DNA of 64,000 nucleotides from the human T2T-CHM13v2.0 reference genome, Homo sapiens, in assembly GCA_009914755.4 (NCBI GenBank), contig CP086569.2:672001-736000 (forward strand). The letters are read 5' to 3'. Positions 45,606 through 63,885 of this stretch are shown piece by piece. Both the position numbers and the translations under genes were made by a program. Position 1 is the stretch's first letter, and each line of letters begins with the position of its first letter. Below the pieces are notes generated by a model. The model was not told where the DNA came from, ran no database searches, and saw only the letters and a program-made list of their open reading frames with translations.

Positions 45606-45609
<4 letters not shown>

Positions 45610-45702
45610 GGGTTTTCTTTACCCAATCTCTTTTGGTAGTCTAGGTGAACCTCTTTTGGTATTTCTCGGATACTTCATCCCTTTTATTATTATTATTATT
45701 AT

Positions 45703-46329
<627 letters not shown>

Positions 46330-46474
46330 TAAGCCCCGGTGTAGATGGGTGTTACCAACCCTAAACCCAAAAAGATCACTCCTATGTAGGATCATTTTGG
46401 TTTCATTTTCATAACAGGCAACATCGTACTAACTCTCAGAATCAGCTTTTCCTGGGCTCTGTGGTGAAAGATGA

Positions 46475-46926
<452 letters not shown>

Positions 46927-47288
46927 CAGACACTTTAAGTTACAGCAGACGGTGTCTTTCACTCCAGCGTGTGCTCAACAGATGAGTGTCTTGAGTCCAA
47001 ATTAAAAACGTCAACAGTAAATCTACATTTTATATATGTTTTCTTTAATGATTTTTTTAAGGCACCAAACAGAATGAATAAAGAAGGGGAATGATGGAAT
47101 GGTGGAAACTCTGTTTTTGTTTTTGTTTTTGTTTTTTCTCTCTTTCTCTCTTTTTCTTTTCCTCCTAGAGTTTGCCATGAATTACGTGTGGTCTAGCAGC
47201 CAAAGGAAGTGAACTGCAATAAACCTACAAATATAGGCTGTACAGACTCGACGTTTTTGCATTTCGAGTTAAACCCAACAAGACGTTA

Positions 47289-48036
<748 letters not shown>

Positions 48037-48079
48037 CCAATACCAATCTTGCTTCAACCCACTTTCCCCCTTGGTTGGT

Positions 48080-49500
48080 CCGAGGTGCAAACACAGATCC
48101 ATACACAACACAGACACTCAAGACACACACACACACCTTTAGACAACGTACATGTATAGACACAACACAGCACGCTCAACAGACACACGCACGCATACAC
48201 AACACACAGTCAACAGACACAAACATATCATACACATACAACACACACTCAAGACACAACGGCTGTACACGACACACATATATATAAATAATGCCACACA
48301 CGATCAACACACACACACAACATACACTCAAGACACATCTACATAGAACACACGTGTATATACACAACAGACACACACACACAACACACAGTCAAGAAGC
48401 AACATCTATACACAACACACATGTATATACACAATACCACACATGCTTAACAGACACACCCACAAGACACACTGAAGACACAACATCTATACACAACACA
48501 TATGTGTATACACAATGCCACACACAATCAACAGACACACACACAACACAGTCAAGACACATCTATAGAGAACACACGTATACACACAACAGACACACAC
48601 AAACACACAATCAAGAAATAACATCTATCCACAACACCCATGTATATACACAATACCACACATGCTTAACAGACACACACGCAAGACACAACATCTATAC
48701 AGAACACACATGTATATACACAATACCACACATGGGATCAACAGACACTAATACGCAACACACATTCAACAGACAAATGCACAAACACATCATATATAGA
48801 AGACACACACATCTATACACAACACAACACACTGAACAGACACAGAAACAACAGACACACACACAACATAACATGCTCAACAGACACACAACACACAAGA
48901 GACACGCACAAACACATCATATATACAAGACACACACATCTATACACAACACAACACACTCAACAGACACACACATACACAACACACAACAGACACACAC
49001 ACAACACGCTCAACAGACACACAACACACAAGAGACACACGCACAAACACATCATATATACAAGACACACACATCTATACACAACACAACACACTCAACA
49101 GACACACACATACACAACACACAACAGACACATACACAACACGCTCAACAGACACACAACACACAGACACACGCACAAACACATCATATATACAAGACAC
49201 ACACATCTATACACAACACAATCAACAGACACACACATACACAACACACAACAGACACACAACACGCTCAACACACACAACACACAAGAGACACGCACAA
49301 ACACATCATATATACAAGACACACACATCTATACACAACACAACACACTCAACAGACACACACATACACAACACACAACAGACACACACACAACACGCTC
49401 AACAGACACACAACACACAAGAGACACACGCACAAACACATCATAAACACAACACACGCACTCAAGACACACATGGACACACAACACAGTTTAATGTAGG
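48080..49500. repeat. CA-rich degenerate low-complexity array, ~1.4 kb, with ~125-130-bp higher-order periodicity in its 3' half
   Basis: The CATCTATACACAACACAACACACTCAACAGACACACACATACACAACACACAACAGACAC block recurs at about 48937, 49067, 49197 and 49326. It accounts for the 402-aa low-complexity ORF. Confidence 0.9.
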
Positions 49501-50289
49501 TTTCCTGCCGTTTTAGAACTGAAAAAAGAAGAATGAGGCGTGTGGGCTCATTGCAGAAGTTAACTAATGCTCTGAGATTTAATTTTTCAAGGAAAAAATG
49601 ACCGTTTCTACATAGACATGTCCATAGACCATTTCTACAAGGAAGCACCGATTTGCAGCGTCCATCATGGGGACCTTTGTTTGCTTCCCCCTCTATGGGA
49701 AAATTACTTGGATGCCGCTCTTGTTTTAAGCCACTCTCGCCCTTGGCTGGTCCGAGGTGTAAAGACAAATGACTTTGGGATAAACGTGGGGTTTGCAGCA
49801 AAGTGTGAGCAGGAGTCACGGGCTCACCCCAGAATGTGGGGAGGCCAGACGTGGGGCCCGCTTCCTGCCGCCACTAATTAGCGTGGGTTTTATGGCCGGT
49901 CGTTAAAAAGGCCGGGTCAAACAGTTGCAAAGTTATGAAACAGCCACACAGGCTAAAGACCTGGGCTTTGCAGAGGTATGAATGTTTCGCTGTGTTGCCA
50001 ACTTCTCCTGAACTTTGGCGTCCTCATGGGGAAAAAAAAATGTAAAAAAAAAAATAAAAAAATAAAAAAAAATATCATATCTGCCTATTAAAAAGATTAG
50101 AAGCAAAAAAAAAAAAAAAAAATGAATCCAGGATTGAAGCAGGAAAAGGAGTCTTATGTCCACACAGCCAAGTCAACCTCAGCAAAATTAACTCCGTCTT
50201 TTCCGAGACGTCGTCACGATTATTATTATTATTATTTTTTGCTTCTAATCTTTTTAATAGGCAGATATGACATGTTTTTTTATTTTTTT

Positions 50290-50490
50290 ATTTTTTTATT
50301 TTTTATTTTATTATTATTATACTTTAAGTTTTAGGGTACAGGTGCACAATGTGCAGGTTAGTTACATATGTATCCATGTGCCATGCTGGTGTGGTGCACC
50401 CATTAACTCGTCATTTAACATTAGGTGTATCTCCCGATGCTATCCCTCCCCCGTCCCCCCACCCCACCACAGTCCCCAGAGTATGATGGT
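50290..50490 (-). mobile_element. L1 (L1PA-like) 3' end, reverse orientation, with a T-rich (poly-A) head
   Basis: TTATACTTTAAGTTTTAGGGTACAGGTGCACAATGTGCAGGTTAGTTACATATGTATCCATGTGCCATGCTGGTGTGGTGCACCCATTAACTCGTCATTTAACATTAGGTGTATCTCCCGATGCTATCCCTCCCCCGTCCCC. Confidence 0.85.
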
Positions 50491-51734
50491 CACGATTATT
50501 TTTCTGTGATGACAGTAAGAGTCAGAAAATGTACCACCTTGATAAAGATATAGTTATCATTAGGTGCTTCTTGGGCCAGCTAGGAGATGATTGGGTTGTA
50601 AACTTGGGGGCTGGCTCTTGAGAAGGCATTCATTTGCTTTTGTGTTTTCACTCAGAAACCCACATTGATACTGGGCTTTGGAACTCTCCTCTGATTGCAA
50701 ATTCCTGTCTTCCTAAGACAGCGTGGAGGGTTCCAGGGCTCCGTGTGTACGTAGGTGGTCAGGTCAGCCGGCCAACGCACCGACGCTACAGCAAATGATA
50801 CGTATAAATTATTGGAGCACTGCGGGAATGGCAATTTGACTTTTTATGAGCCTGTAACGACGTCCCTAGAGAAGAGTGTGTATGTGTGTGTGTGTGAAAT
50901 TCTGGAAAGGATTTTGCATTTTCATAGATTTGGCACCACTGACTTTAAAAGGGGCTGCTCTGGGTTTCGAATTTCTCCAGTCATCAATAAGAGCCATTTT
51001 GGTGGGGTTTTTTTCTTCTTCTTTTTTTAATGTCTGGTTTGTGCAGGAAATATAAAGATTGTAATCCTTGTTGACGAGGGGTCTTCAAAGAATGAGACTT
51101 TGGGGTGTAAAAGGGAGCTTACCCGTCTACATCTTGGGCATGGCAGTTTGGGCACCTATTTCAAGGGTGTGGGCACGAAACCACAAGCTCCTGTGAGCTC
51201 ATATCGCTGCTGATGGGTTGACAGAGTAAGCGGGTTCCGGACACTGTGGCAGTTTAACCCAGACTCAGAAAAGCAAGGCAGAGATGAGACGGTCAGCTGC
51301 AAGCACCCTTTCTTCCCGTAGGCTGGTGGGCTGAGACGCTGCGTCTCTTCCTGCCTAAACCTGTTCTGGATGTTTTCACCACAAACTGGCATCTGCAATG
51401 TAACGGGCTGGAAAACGGGCAGTGTGGGGGATTGGATTGGCCCTGCTTGGGGGTGTCTCTCTTGAGGCCGTGAGCCCTGACTCTCTGCTCTCTGATCCAT
51501 GAGGGTGGACTCCGGAGGCAAGGGGATGAGGCAGATAAGGGAAGGGAACGGACAGACTAGCGCTTGGAAGAAGAAAAAGGTTTAGATATTGTAAGGGTTT
51601 CCTGGGGATGCTGTCACAAGATGCCAAAAACCAGAGGATCAAACAAGAAAAATTTCATCTCTCCGCGTCCTGAACTACAGTCCTCCTAAAAACTGTATAT
51701 ACATCCTCAGTCTCATAGCCTGTGAACGGGACCT

Positions 51735-51945
51735 TATTTGGAAATAGGGTTTCTGCAGATGCAGGTAGTTAAGGATTTCAACATGAGATCATCCTGAAGT
51801 AAGGTGGATCCTAAATGCAATGACAGGTGTCTTTCTAAGAGACAGAAGAGGAGACACAGACACGGAGGAGAAGGCCACGTGGAGATGGAGGAGAGACAGG
51901 GAGGACTTCTGGACTCCAGGAAGGCCAGTATTGGGTCCACTATGA
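51735..51945 (+). mobile_element. MaLR-type LTR (MLT1-like) partial copy, inverted relative to the following array
   Basis: GAACGGGACCTTATTTGGAAATAGGGTTTCTGCAGATGCAGGTAGTTAAGGATTTCAACATGAGATCATCCTGAAGTAAGGTGGATCCTAAATGCAATGACAGGTGTCTTTCTAAGAGACAGAAGAGGAGACACAGACACGGAGGAGAAGGCCACGTGG has the LTR motif order typical of MLT1/MST elements. The family name is from memory of the consensus. Confidence 0.55.
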
Positions 51946-51949
51946 TTGT

Positions 51950-52960
51950 GTTTAGTTCCTCCTGGAGGCTCTAGGGGAGGGTCCTTCCTGCCTCTCCCAG
52001 CTCCTGGGGGCTCCAGGCGTCCCTGGGCTTGTGGCCGCATCACTCCAGTCTCTGCCTCCGTCTCCACGTGGCCTTCTCCTCTGTGTCTGTGTCTCCTCTT
52101 CTGTCTCTTAGAAAGACACCTGCCATTGCATTTAGGACCCACCCTACTCCAGGATGATCTCATGTAGAAATCCTTGACTTAGTTACATTTGCAGAGACCT
52201 TATATCCAATTAACGTGCCATTCACATATTCTGGAAGTTAGGCTGTAGAGATAGCCTTTAGGGGGACTGTAGTTCAATTCAAAACAATTGTATTATCTTC
52301 CCTCTGGAGGCTGTAGGGGAGGGTCCTTCCTGCCTCTCCCAGGTCCTGGGGGCTCCAGGCATCCCTGGGCTTGTGGCCGCTTCACTCCAGTCTCTGCTGC
52401 CATCTCCATGTGGCCTTCTCCTCTGTGTCTGTGTCTCCTCTTCTGTCTCTTACAAGGACACTTGTTATTGGAATTAGAATCCACCCTAATCCAGGATGAT
52501 CTCATCTCAATATCCTTAATTTATTACATCTGCAAATACTCTGTTTTCAAGAAGGGTTTCATTCACAGGTTCTATGAGTCAGGACATAAACGTGTTTCTT
52601 AGGGATCACCATTCAATCTACTAGAATTGTGTTCAGTTCCTTCTGGAGGCTCTAGGGGAGGGTCCTTTCTGCCTCTCCCAGCTCCTGGGGGCTCCAGGCG
52701 TCCCTGGGCTTGTGGCCCCATCACTCCAGTCTCTGCCTCCGTCTCTATGTGGACTTCTCCTCTCTAAGTGTATGGAAACTTCCCTCTTTTTACCAGGACG
52801 CGACTGATTGGATTGAGCATCCCCTCTGCTCCAGTCTTTCCTCATTATACGTCCATAATATCTGCAAAGACCCTATTTCCTACAACACCACGTTCACAGG
52901 TATGTACAGTTAGGACCTTAACAGATATTTTGAAGAAACACAATTCAGTTCACAACAGAC
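51950..52960 (-). mobile_element. MLT1-like LTR-derived ~340-bp unit in three tandem copies (third copy least rearranged)
   Basis: CTGGAGGCT(C/G)TAGGGGAGGGTCCTTCCTGCCTCTCCCAG(C/G)TCCTGGGGGCTCCAGGC recurs at 51961, 52303 and 52643. The third copy ends ...ATCTGCAAAGACCCTATTTCC...GTTAGGACCTTAACAGATATTTTG...ACACAATTCAGTTCACAACAG. Confidence 0.6.
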
Positions 52961-53117
52961 ATGTTTTTGAAGGAAACGGAAAGTCATTGATTTTTGTTTT
53001 TTTTTTTTTTTTAGTGAAGCAGATGGCAGTATTTTAAGGTAATCTTCCATACCGTGGCTCCAACTTCCTATGCAGAAAAATCCTTTTCTCTCTCAATGAG
53101 GAGCCTAGTTTTCAAGA

Positions 53118-54228
<1,111 letters not shown>

Positions 54229-54315
54229 CTAAGAAAACTCTGGGGGAAATAAGTCAGGGAATGCAGAGAGGTCGGCGTTCACTTTCCAACGTGCCTGGTA
54301 GAAGTCAAATGTTCT

Positions 54316-54605
54316 GGCCAGGTGCGGTGCCTCATGCCTGTCATCCCACCACTTTGGGAAGGCGAGGCGGGAGGATCATGAGGTCAGGAGTTCAAGACCA
54401 GCCTGGCCAACATGGTGAAACCCCGTCTCTACTAAAAATATAAAAATTAGCAGGGTGTAGTGGTGTGCCTGTAATCCCAGCTACTCCGGAGGCTGAGGCA
54501 GGAGAATCACTTGAACCCGGGAGGCGGAGGTTGCAGAGATCACGCCACTGCACTCCAGCCTGGGTGACAGAGCGAGACTCCCTCTCCAAAAAAAAATAAT
54601 AATAA
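54316..54605 (+). mobile_element. Alu SINE with a 14-bp target-site duplication
   Basis: The TSD GAAGTCAAATGTTC lies at 54301-54314 and 54614-54627. Confidence 0.9.
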
Positions 54606-54964
54606 ATGAAAAAGAAGTCAAATGTTCCTCATGCCAGCATCGTGGTCTCTTGAGAAGACCAGGCTGAACTTGGTGAGCCTAATTCTCTGCCAGGAATGCT
54701 TTCTCTTCTGCGGGAATTCTTAGGGAAAGCCTCTCCAACAGTCTCATGCATGGACTAAAAGTTCCTTGGATCTAGGCAGGAATTTGGGAGAAATTGGGGG
54801 TTAGGCCCCTTCATAGACCCGACACACCATCCATGAGTTGCAACGGAGGTCCCCTTGCAATTTAAGCAACGCAACAAATCAGGGCAGGCAGCAGTTAACT
54901 TCTTAATTCCCCTTCGGCAATTCAAGGCTTTCACGGCGACCAGCTATTAGGCTGAGAAATTAGC

Positions 54965-55600
54965 TTTTACAGGAGGATTGCTCCATATTCCATATGCTGC
55001 CTTTCCCCTGGAGCTTGGAACTATAAATATCAACCCGATAATGACACGATGGTGGATTCTCATTCAGCTTGTGCATGTGTGGGTACGTGTGTGTCTGCAT
55101 GCGCATGTGTGTTTGTGCATGTGTGTGCATGAATGTGTGTGAGGTTGCGTGTGTGCATGTATGTGTGCGCTCGTGTGTGCGCGCATGTGTGTGCATGTGT
55201 GCACGCATGTGTGTATGTGCATGTACGTGTGTGAGTGTGCATATGCGTGCACGTGTGCATGTATGTATGTGAGTGCGTGCATGGGTGTGCATGTATGTAT
55301 GTGTGCATGTATTCTGTGTGCATGAATCTGTGAGGTTGCATGTGTGTGCACATACGTGTGTGCATGTATGTGTGTGTGCATGCGTGCGTGCATGTGTGTG
55401 AGTGTGCGTGTGTGCATGTGTATGTGCATGTACATGTGTGAGTGTGCATGTGTGCATGTATGTGAGTGTGTGTGCGTGTGCATGCATGTATGTGTGTGTA
55501 TGTGTGTGCGTGTGCGTGTACGTGTGTGTGCACGCACGTGTGTGTGCATGTGTGTGTGACTGTGCCTGTGTGTGTGTGTGTAAACGAAATTCTTCAGAAT
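54965..55600. repeat. Degenerate GT-rich (GTGTGCAT/GTGCGTGT) low-complexity tract, ~640 bp
   Basis: Seen directly. It accounts for the Cys/Val-rich and His/Thr-rich ORFs on the two strands. Confidence 0.9.
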
Positions 55601-55676
55601 GGTTTGCAATCTGGGGCTGATGTTTAATTGACAGGGGTCGGGGTGGCTGGTTATTTGGTCAAAGAAGTTGAATTAA

Positions 55677-56439
<763 letters not shown>

Positions 56440-56440
<1 letters not shown>

Positions 56441-56720
56441 ATATATATATATATAAAGAAATATATATATATATATATAAAATATATACATATATTTAAA
56501 TTATATATAATGTATACATATATTTAAATTATATATAATGTATACATATATTTAAATTATATATAATGTATACATATATTTAAATTATATATAATGTATA
56601 CATATATTTAAATTATATATAATGTATACATATATTTAAATTATATATAATGTATACATATATTTATATATAATGTATACATATATTTAAATTATATATA
56701 ATATACATATTTGGATAGTT
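56440..56720. repeat. 30-bp AT-rich minisatellite (ATATATTTAAATTATATATAATGTATACAT) x ~7, preceded by (TA)n
   Basis: Seen directly. Confidence 0.9.
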
Positions 56721-56734
56721 TTATTTATTTATTT

Positions 56735-57052
<318 letters not shown>

Positions 57053-58053
57053 TCAAAAAGTTGCACTTTTTTTCCCCCTATACTTTACTTCTTTGCTGTC
57101 ATTAGCTAGGACTTGAAAGGGCAGGAACTCTAATTGTGTTTCCTCTGTGGGGCACAGAGTCCTGTCTCGACCCCGTCGTGCTGCCAAAGAAAACGCCGGG
57201 TTCCCTTCCACGTTGTTCATTTTCCTTTTCCTGCCCACTTAACAAAATTATATTCAATGAGTTGTGGGGGGAATTGACATCAACGGGCCGCGTCACGCAA
57301 TTTCTGGTGAATATTCGAGAAGGGGGAAGCAAACAGTCCGGGTTCCTTCACATCTGTCAGAATCAATCACATTGTACCAAACCGAACGTAATCGCTTGCA
57401 AAGAAAATGAGGCATTTCCAGTGAAATCAGCCTCCCTTTACCCAGGAACATGTCCATAGTTAAGAGGTCTCTGTTTTAGGTTTTTTTTTTTTTATTTTAA
57501 TCTTGCCTAATTAGTTTTTTTTTAATCACCCGTGCAACCGAGTCTCCAGACTGCATAATTGATGAGATGCAGAAGCCAGTGTCAGAAATCAAATGTCGTA
57601 AATTAAAAATAACAAGTTTGAGACGAGTGATTCAATTAAAAATCCAGAAAACATTGGATTCTGCATAACTGAACGTTTGCATAGAGACACCGCCTGTCAT
57701 CCGTATCACGTTGCACCCGAGGATTGGATTGGGGCTGTCACGGGTATTTCAATCAACTCAGTAAAAAAAAAAAAAAAAAATTAGAAAACAAAGATGATAT
57801 TTATTATTAACTTCCCGTGTTCAAAAACCACACGGAGACGTCTTTAGGTGGACTGCTTTACAGGACCAAGATTTATGTTAAGGGGACACTGCAGACACAA
57901 GAGGCCTGGCTGGCTGGGATGTAGGGAGGGTCCCCCTGGGACTGTTGGACCGTTTTCTGAGTACGTGAGGCTGCCAGGAGGACGGGGCTGCACAGAGCCG
58001 ACTGGGACCCTCCAAGACGGACCCTGAGAAACCTCACTGGGTCCTCTCTCTCT

Positions 58054-58790
<737 letters not shown>

Positions 58791-58843
58791 TTCAGCCTAA
58801 CAAGGACCCAGGAACAACATATCTGCAGATAACCATAGAATCA

Positions 58844-59165
<322 letters not shown>

Positions 59166-59376
59166 ACACACACAAACACGGTGGGACTAGGACTGAACCC
59201 TGATTCATGCCACTGCAGCTCAGAGGTCCTGGCTCCGCCACCTTCCCTCTGTGTGCCTCAGTTTCTTCTCCAGCCAATTGCCTAAGAGGTGGCTCAGTCA
59301 ATGAGGGTATTGAACCAGTCCCTATAAACTCCATAAAATTAACCAGGGAAGAAGGGAGGGGAAGAAACGAAAATAG

Positions 59377-59706
<330 letters not shown>

Positions 59707-60208
59707 TGACCTGCTTCCTCATAGCTGTTTGGTGCTGATTGTCCCAGAGTCACATAGATCCTAGCTTACGGTCCCCCTTCCCTGCTCTATAGGTGACAAC
59801 TTAAGCATCAGGAAACATTTAGTTTTCCCTTTGAGATAGTCTTCCAGGTCCTGCATGCCAGCTACTGACACCATAGATATCTAATATTTATAATAGCTTA
59901 AAAAAATAATACTGACACCAGCTGGGCTGAAGGACCCCACAGGAGCTGACTCACCAAAGACTTCAGTTTCCCCATCCAGATGGCTTCATCCCCCTTACCC
60001 CAGCCAATTAATGACCCCAATTTTCCAGCCCCTTGTGCTTCATAATCCCTTTAAAAACTCCAGCCCAGAACTCCTCAGGGAGACAGACTTCAGGGTCTCC
60101 TCCCATATCCTCGCTCTGCACCTTGCAAGCATTGAGTTTTTTATCTGCTGCAAAGTCTGCTTTCTTGGTGTCCTGATCTGTTCATGATCCCTTTTAAAAC
60201 TCCAGCCT

Positions 60209-60515
<307 letters not shown>

Positions 60516-61159
60516 TCAGGGAGATGGACTTCAGGGTCTCCTCCCATCTCCTCCCTCTGCACCTTGCAATCTTTGAATTCTTTCTCTGTTGCATACCCTG
60601 CTGTCTCAGTGTCTTGGTCTGTTACTCTGCAGGGAGCATTCACACGGTAGTCTTGTAACAGTACAAGGATACCTAAGTCCATACAGCTGGGGATCAAGCC
60701 ATCGTTGCCCATTGGCTTCACTTTAGGGCTGTAAACTCACATTCATGTAAGGTTTCCCAATGAGTGAATTCTGTATTCCCATAAGCATTCACATTCCTAG
60801 TGTGAGAATAGCAGAGTTTAGCTGGGCTCACCTGTCTACCAGGTGTGGAGGCACCATTTGCAGTTGCATATGATGGAGCTCAAGGCTCAACTTCCCCAGC
60901 ATCCCACAGTCTGACCTCACTGGGACCTTTCATGAAACTGTGACTCAGTCTCTTCTTCTTGATGATGAAATACTTTGCACAATTCAGTTCACCATTTTAA
61001 AGCACCTGGAATGTGTGAGGCACTGTGCAAACACTAATTTGGTAAACTTAGATTTCAGAAGGAGAATACCTGGCGTGGCATATATTACTATTTATTTATG
61101 GTCTATTTTATTTCTCTCAGTGAGATTTTGCAGTTATCTGACTAGACATCATATATAAC

Positions 61160-61560
61160 TGTCAGATTTTTTCTTTAATATTACATTTTATCCTATTATA
61201 AATATTAGATATTTATGCTATTATACTATGTTTAAATATATTTTATGCTATTATAAATAAATTAATTGATGATATTATAAATAAATATAAGTTTTACATT
61301 ACAATATGCTATTATATATCATATATAATAAAAGTGTATATAAATTTTATACAAAAGTTTATATGTAATATACATTATATTATAGATAATAAGTTTATAT
61401 ATAAACTCTATATTTGTAAACTTTATATAACCTATTATCTATAATATAGTGTATATTATAGATAATATAATGTATATATAATAAAACTTTTATTTTATAT
61501 AAAATACACTTATATATATAAAATAAAACTTTTATTATATATACATAGTAAACTTTTATT
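61160..61560. repeat. AT-rich low-complexity/tandem tract (ATAAACTTTATATATA variants)
   Basis: Seen directly. Confidence 0.8.
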
Positions 61561-61567
61561 TTATATA

Positions 61568-61825
61568 TATAAAATAAACTTTTATTTTAAGTTCAAGGGT
61601 ACATGTGCAGGTTTGTTACATAAGTAAACATCTGTCATGGCGGTTTCTTGTACAGATTATTTTATCAACCAGGTACTAGGCTTAGTACCCATTAGTTATT
61701 TTTTCTGATCTTTTCTCCCTGGCTTTTGCTATCATTTTATGCAAACATAAATAGTATTTTATTCCACATTATGTGAATATGTGTTATTATATGTGTTTAC
61801 AAAATTAATTCTTTGTTGCCAGCAT
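61568..61825 (-). mobile_element. L1 3'-end fragment (reverse orientation)
   Basis: TTTTAAGTTCAAGGGTACATGTGCAGGTTTGTTACATAAGTAAACATCTGTCATGGCGGTTTCTTGTACAGATTATTTTATCAACCAGGTACTAGGCTTAGTACCCATTAGTTATTTTTTCTGATC. Confidence 0.7.
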
Positions 61826-62169
61826 ATATAACTGCAAGCTCATCAAGCTTGTTAATCTTTTTGTTCAAAGTATGCCCTTGGTTTATATGCTTGTTTTTAG
61901 TTACTGAGAAAAGTATGTTCAAATCTCTTACTACGATTGTATATATTTTACATTTTCTTTTAGTAATTTCACATTTTGCTTTATATATGTTTTAGCTGTG
62001 GTTTTATATGCATACCTATTTAGAATGTTTATGTTTCTTGATTAATAAAACATTTTAAACTAGGATTATTACTCTTTATCACTAGTTAAGACTTTATCTT
62101 AAAATGATCTTTAATTTTTTCATTTTTATTCTTTTTTATTTATTTTAATTTTTATTTTATTTATTTATT

Positions 62170-62461
<292 letters not shown>

Positions 62462-62584
62462 TTAGCCTTGGTTTTTATTAATCTGATGATCTTGTGACTA
62501 GAACCTCTAGTTTATTTCCATTTAATAAAATTATTGATACATATGTTAATATCTACCAGCTTATTAGCAGCTTTTGCTTTCTGC

Positions 62585-63715
62585 TGGTCTTATCTTTTTT
62601 ACATATATTTTTTGTCTTATCTTCTTTTAGTGTATTTAAGTTTTTTGTTTCCTAGTATATTTCTTCTTTTAGTGTCTTTAAGGTTTTTGTTTTCTAGTAT
62701 ATTTCTTCTTTTAGTGTATTTAAGATTTTTGTTTTCTAGTATGTATCTTCTTTTAGTGTATTTAAGGTTTTTGTTTCCTAGTATATATCTTCTTTTAGTG
62801 TATTTAAGCTTTTTGTTTTCTAGTATATTTCTTCTTTTGGTGTATTTAAGATTTTTGTTTTCTATATATATCTTCTTTTAGTGTATTTACGGCTTTTGTT
62901 CTCTAGTACATTTCTTCTTTTAGTGTATTTACGGCTTTTGTTTTCTAGTATATTTCTTCTTTTAGTGTATTTAAGCGTTTTGTTTTCTAGTATATTTCTT
63001 CTTTTAGTGTATTTAAGGGTTTTGTTTTCTAGTATATATCTTCTTTTAGTGTATTTACGGCTTTTGTTTTCTAGTACATTTCTTCTTTTAGTGTATTTAC
63101 GGCTTTTGTTTTCTAGTATATTTCTTCTTTTAGTGTATTTAAGGTTATAGTTTTCTAGTATGTATCTTCTTTTAGTGTATTTAAGGGTTTTGTTTCCTAG
63201 TATATATCTTCTTTTAGTGTATTTAAAGGTTTTGTTTTCTAGTATATTTCTTCTTTTAGTGTATTTACGGCTTTTGTTTTCTAGTGTATTTCTTCTTTTA
63301 GTGTCTTTAAGGTTTTTGTTTTCTAGTATATTTCTTCTTTCAGTGTATTTAAGGGTTTTGTTTCCTAGTATATATCTTCTTTTAGTGTATTTAAGCTTTT
63401 GTTTTCTAGTATATTTCTTCTTTTAGTGTATTTACAGTTTTTGTTTTCTAGTCTATATCTTCTTTTAGTGTATTTACGGTTTTTGTTTCCTAGTATATAT
63501 CTTCTTTTAGTGTATTTACGGTTTTTGTTTCCTAGTATATATCTTCTTTTAGTGTATTTACGATTTTTGTTTTCTGGTATATTTCTTCTTTTAGTGTATT
63601 TACGGTTTTTGTTTTGTAGGCTATATCTTCTTTTAGTGTATTTACGGTTTTTGTTTCCTAGTCTATATCTTCTTTTAGTGTATTTAAGTTTTTTGTTTTC
63701 CAGTATAATTACTCT
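62585..63715. repeat. 41-42-bp minisatellite x ~27 (TAGTATAT(A/T)TCTTCTTTTAGTGTATTTAAGGTTTTTGTTTTC)
   Basis: Seen directly. It explains all ORFs on both strands in this interval (FLLLVYLRFLFSSI and KYTKRRY repeats). Confidence 0.95.
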
Positions 63716-63885
63716 CTTCACCAGCACCATTAACTTGAAAGTAATATACTCTTTAACTAGCCTTGCCGAGGTTATCGTAAACATCACAGCACACCCCTGG
63801 GTTTTCAAAGTCTAATTCTCACTACTTTTACTCCTCTTTTCTGACAAAGCAAAAATACCTTGGAACATTTACATTCATTGCACTA

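Noticed and set aside
48291-49499. 402-aa ORF, the longest in the window
   Set aside because: Its translation (HT/NT/QT-rich: ...THTQHTLKTHLHRTHVYIHNRHTHTTHSQE...) is a reading of the CA-rich degenerate repeat. It has no start context, domains or compositional complexity.
62534-63815. Four plus-strand ORFs (88-138 aa) and a 147-aa minus-strand ORF
   Set aside because: All lie within the 41-bp minisatellite. The peptides are periodic (LLLVYLRFLFSSIF / NKNRKYTKRRY).
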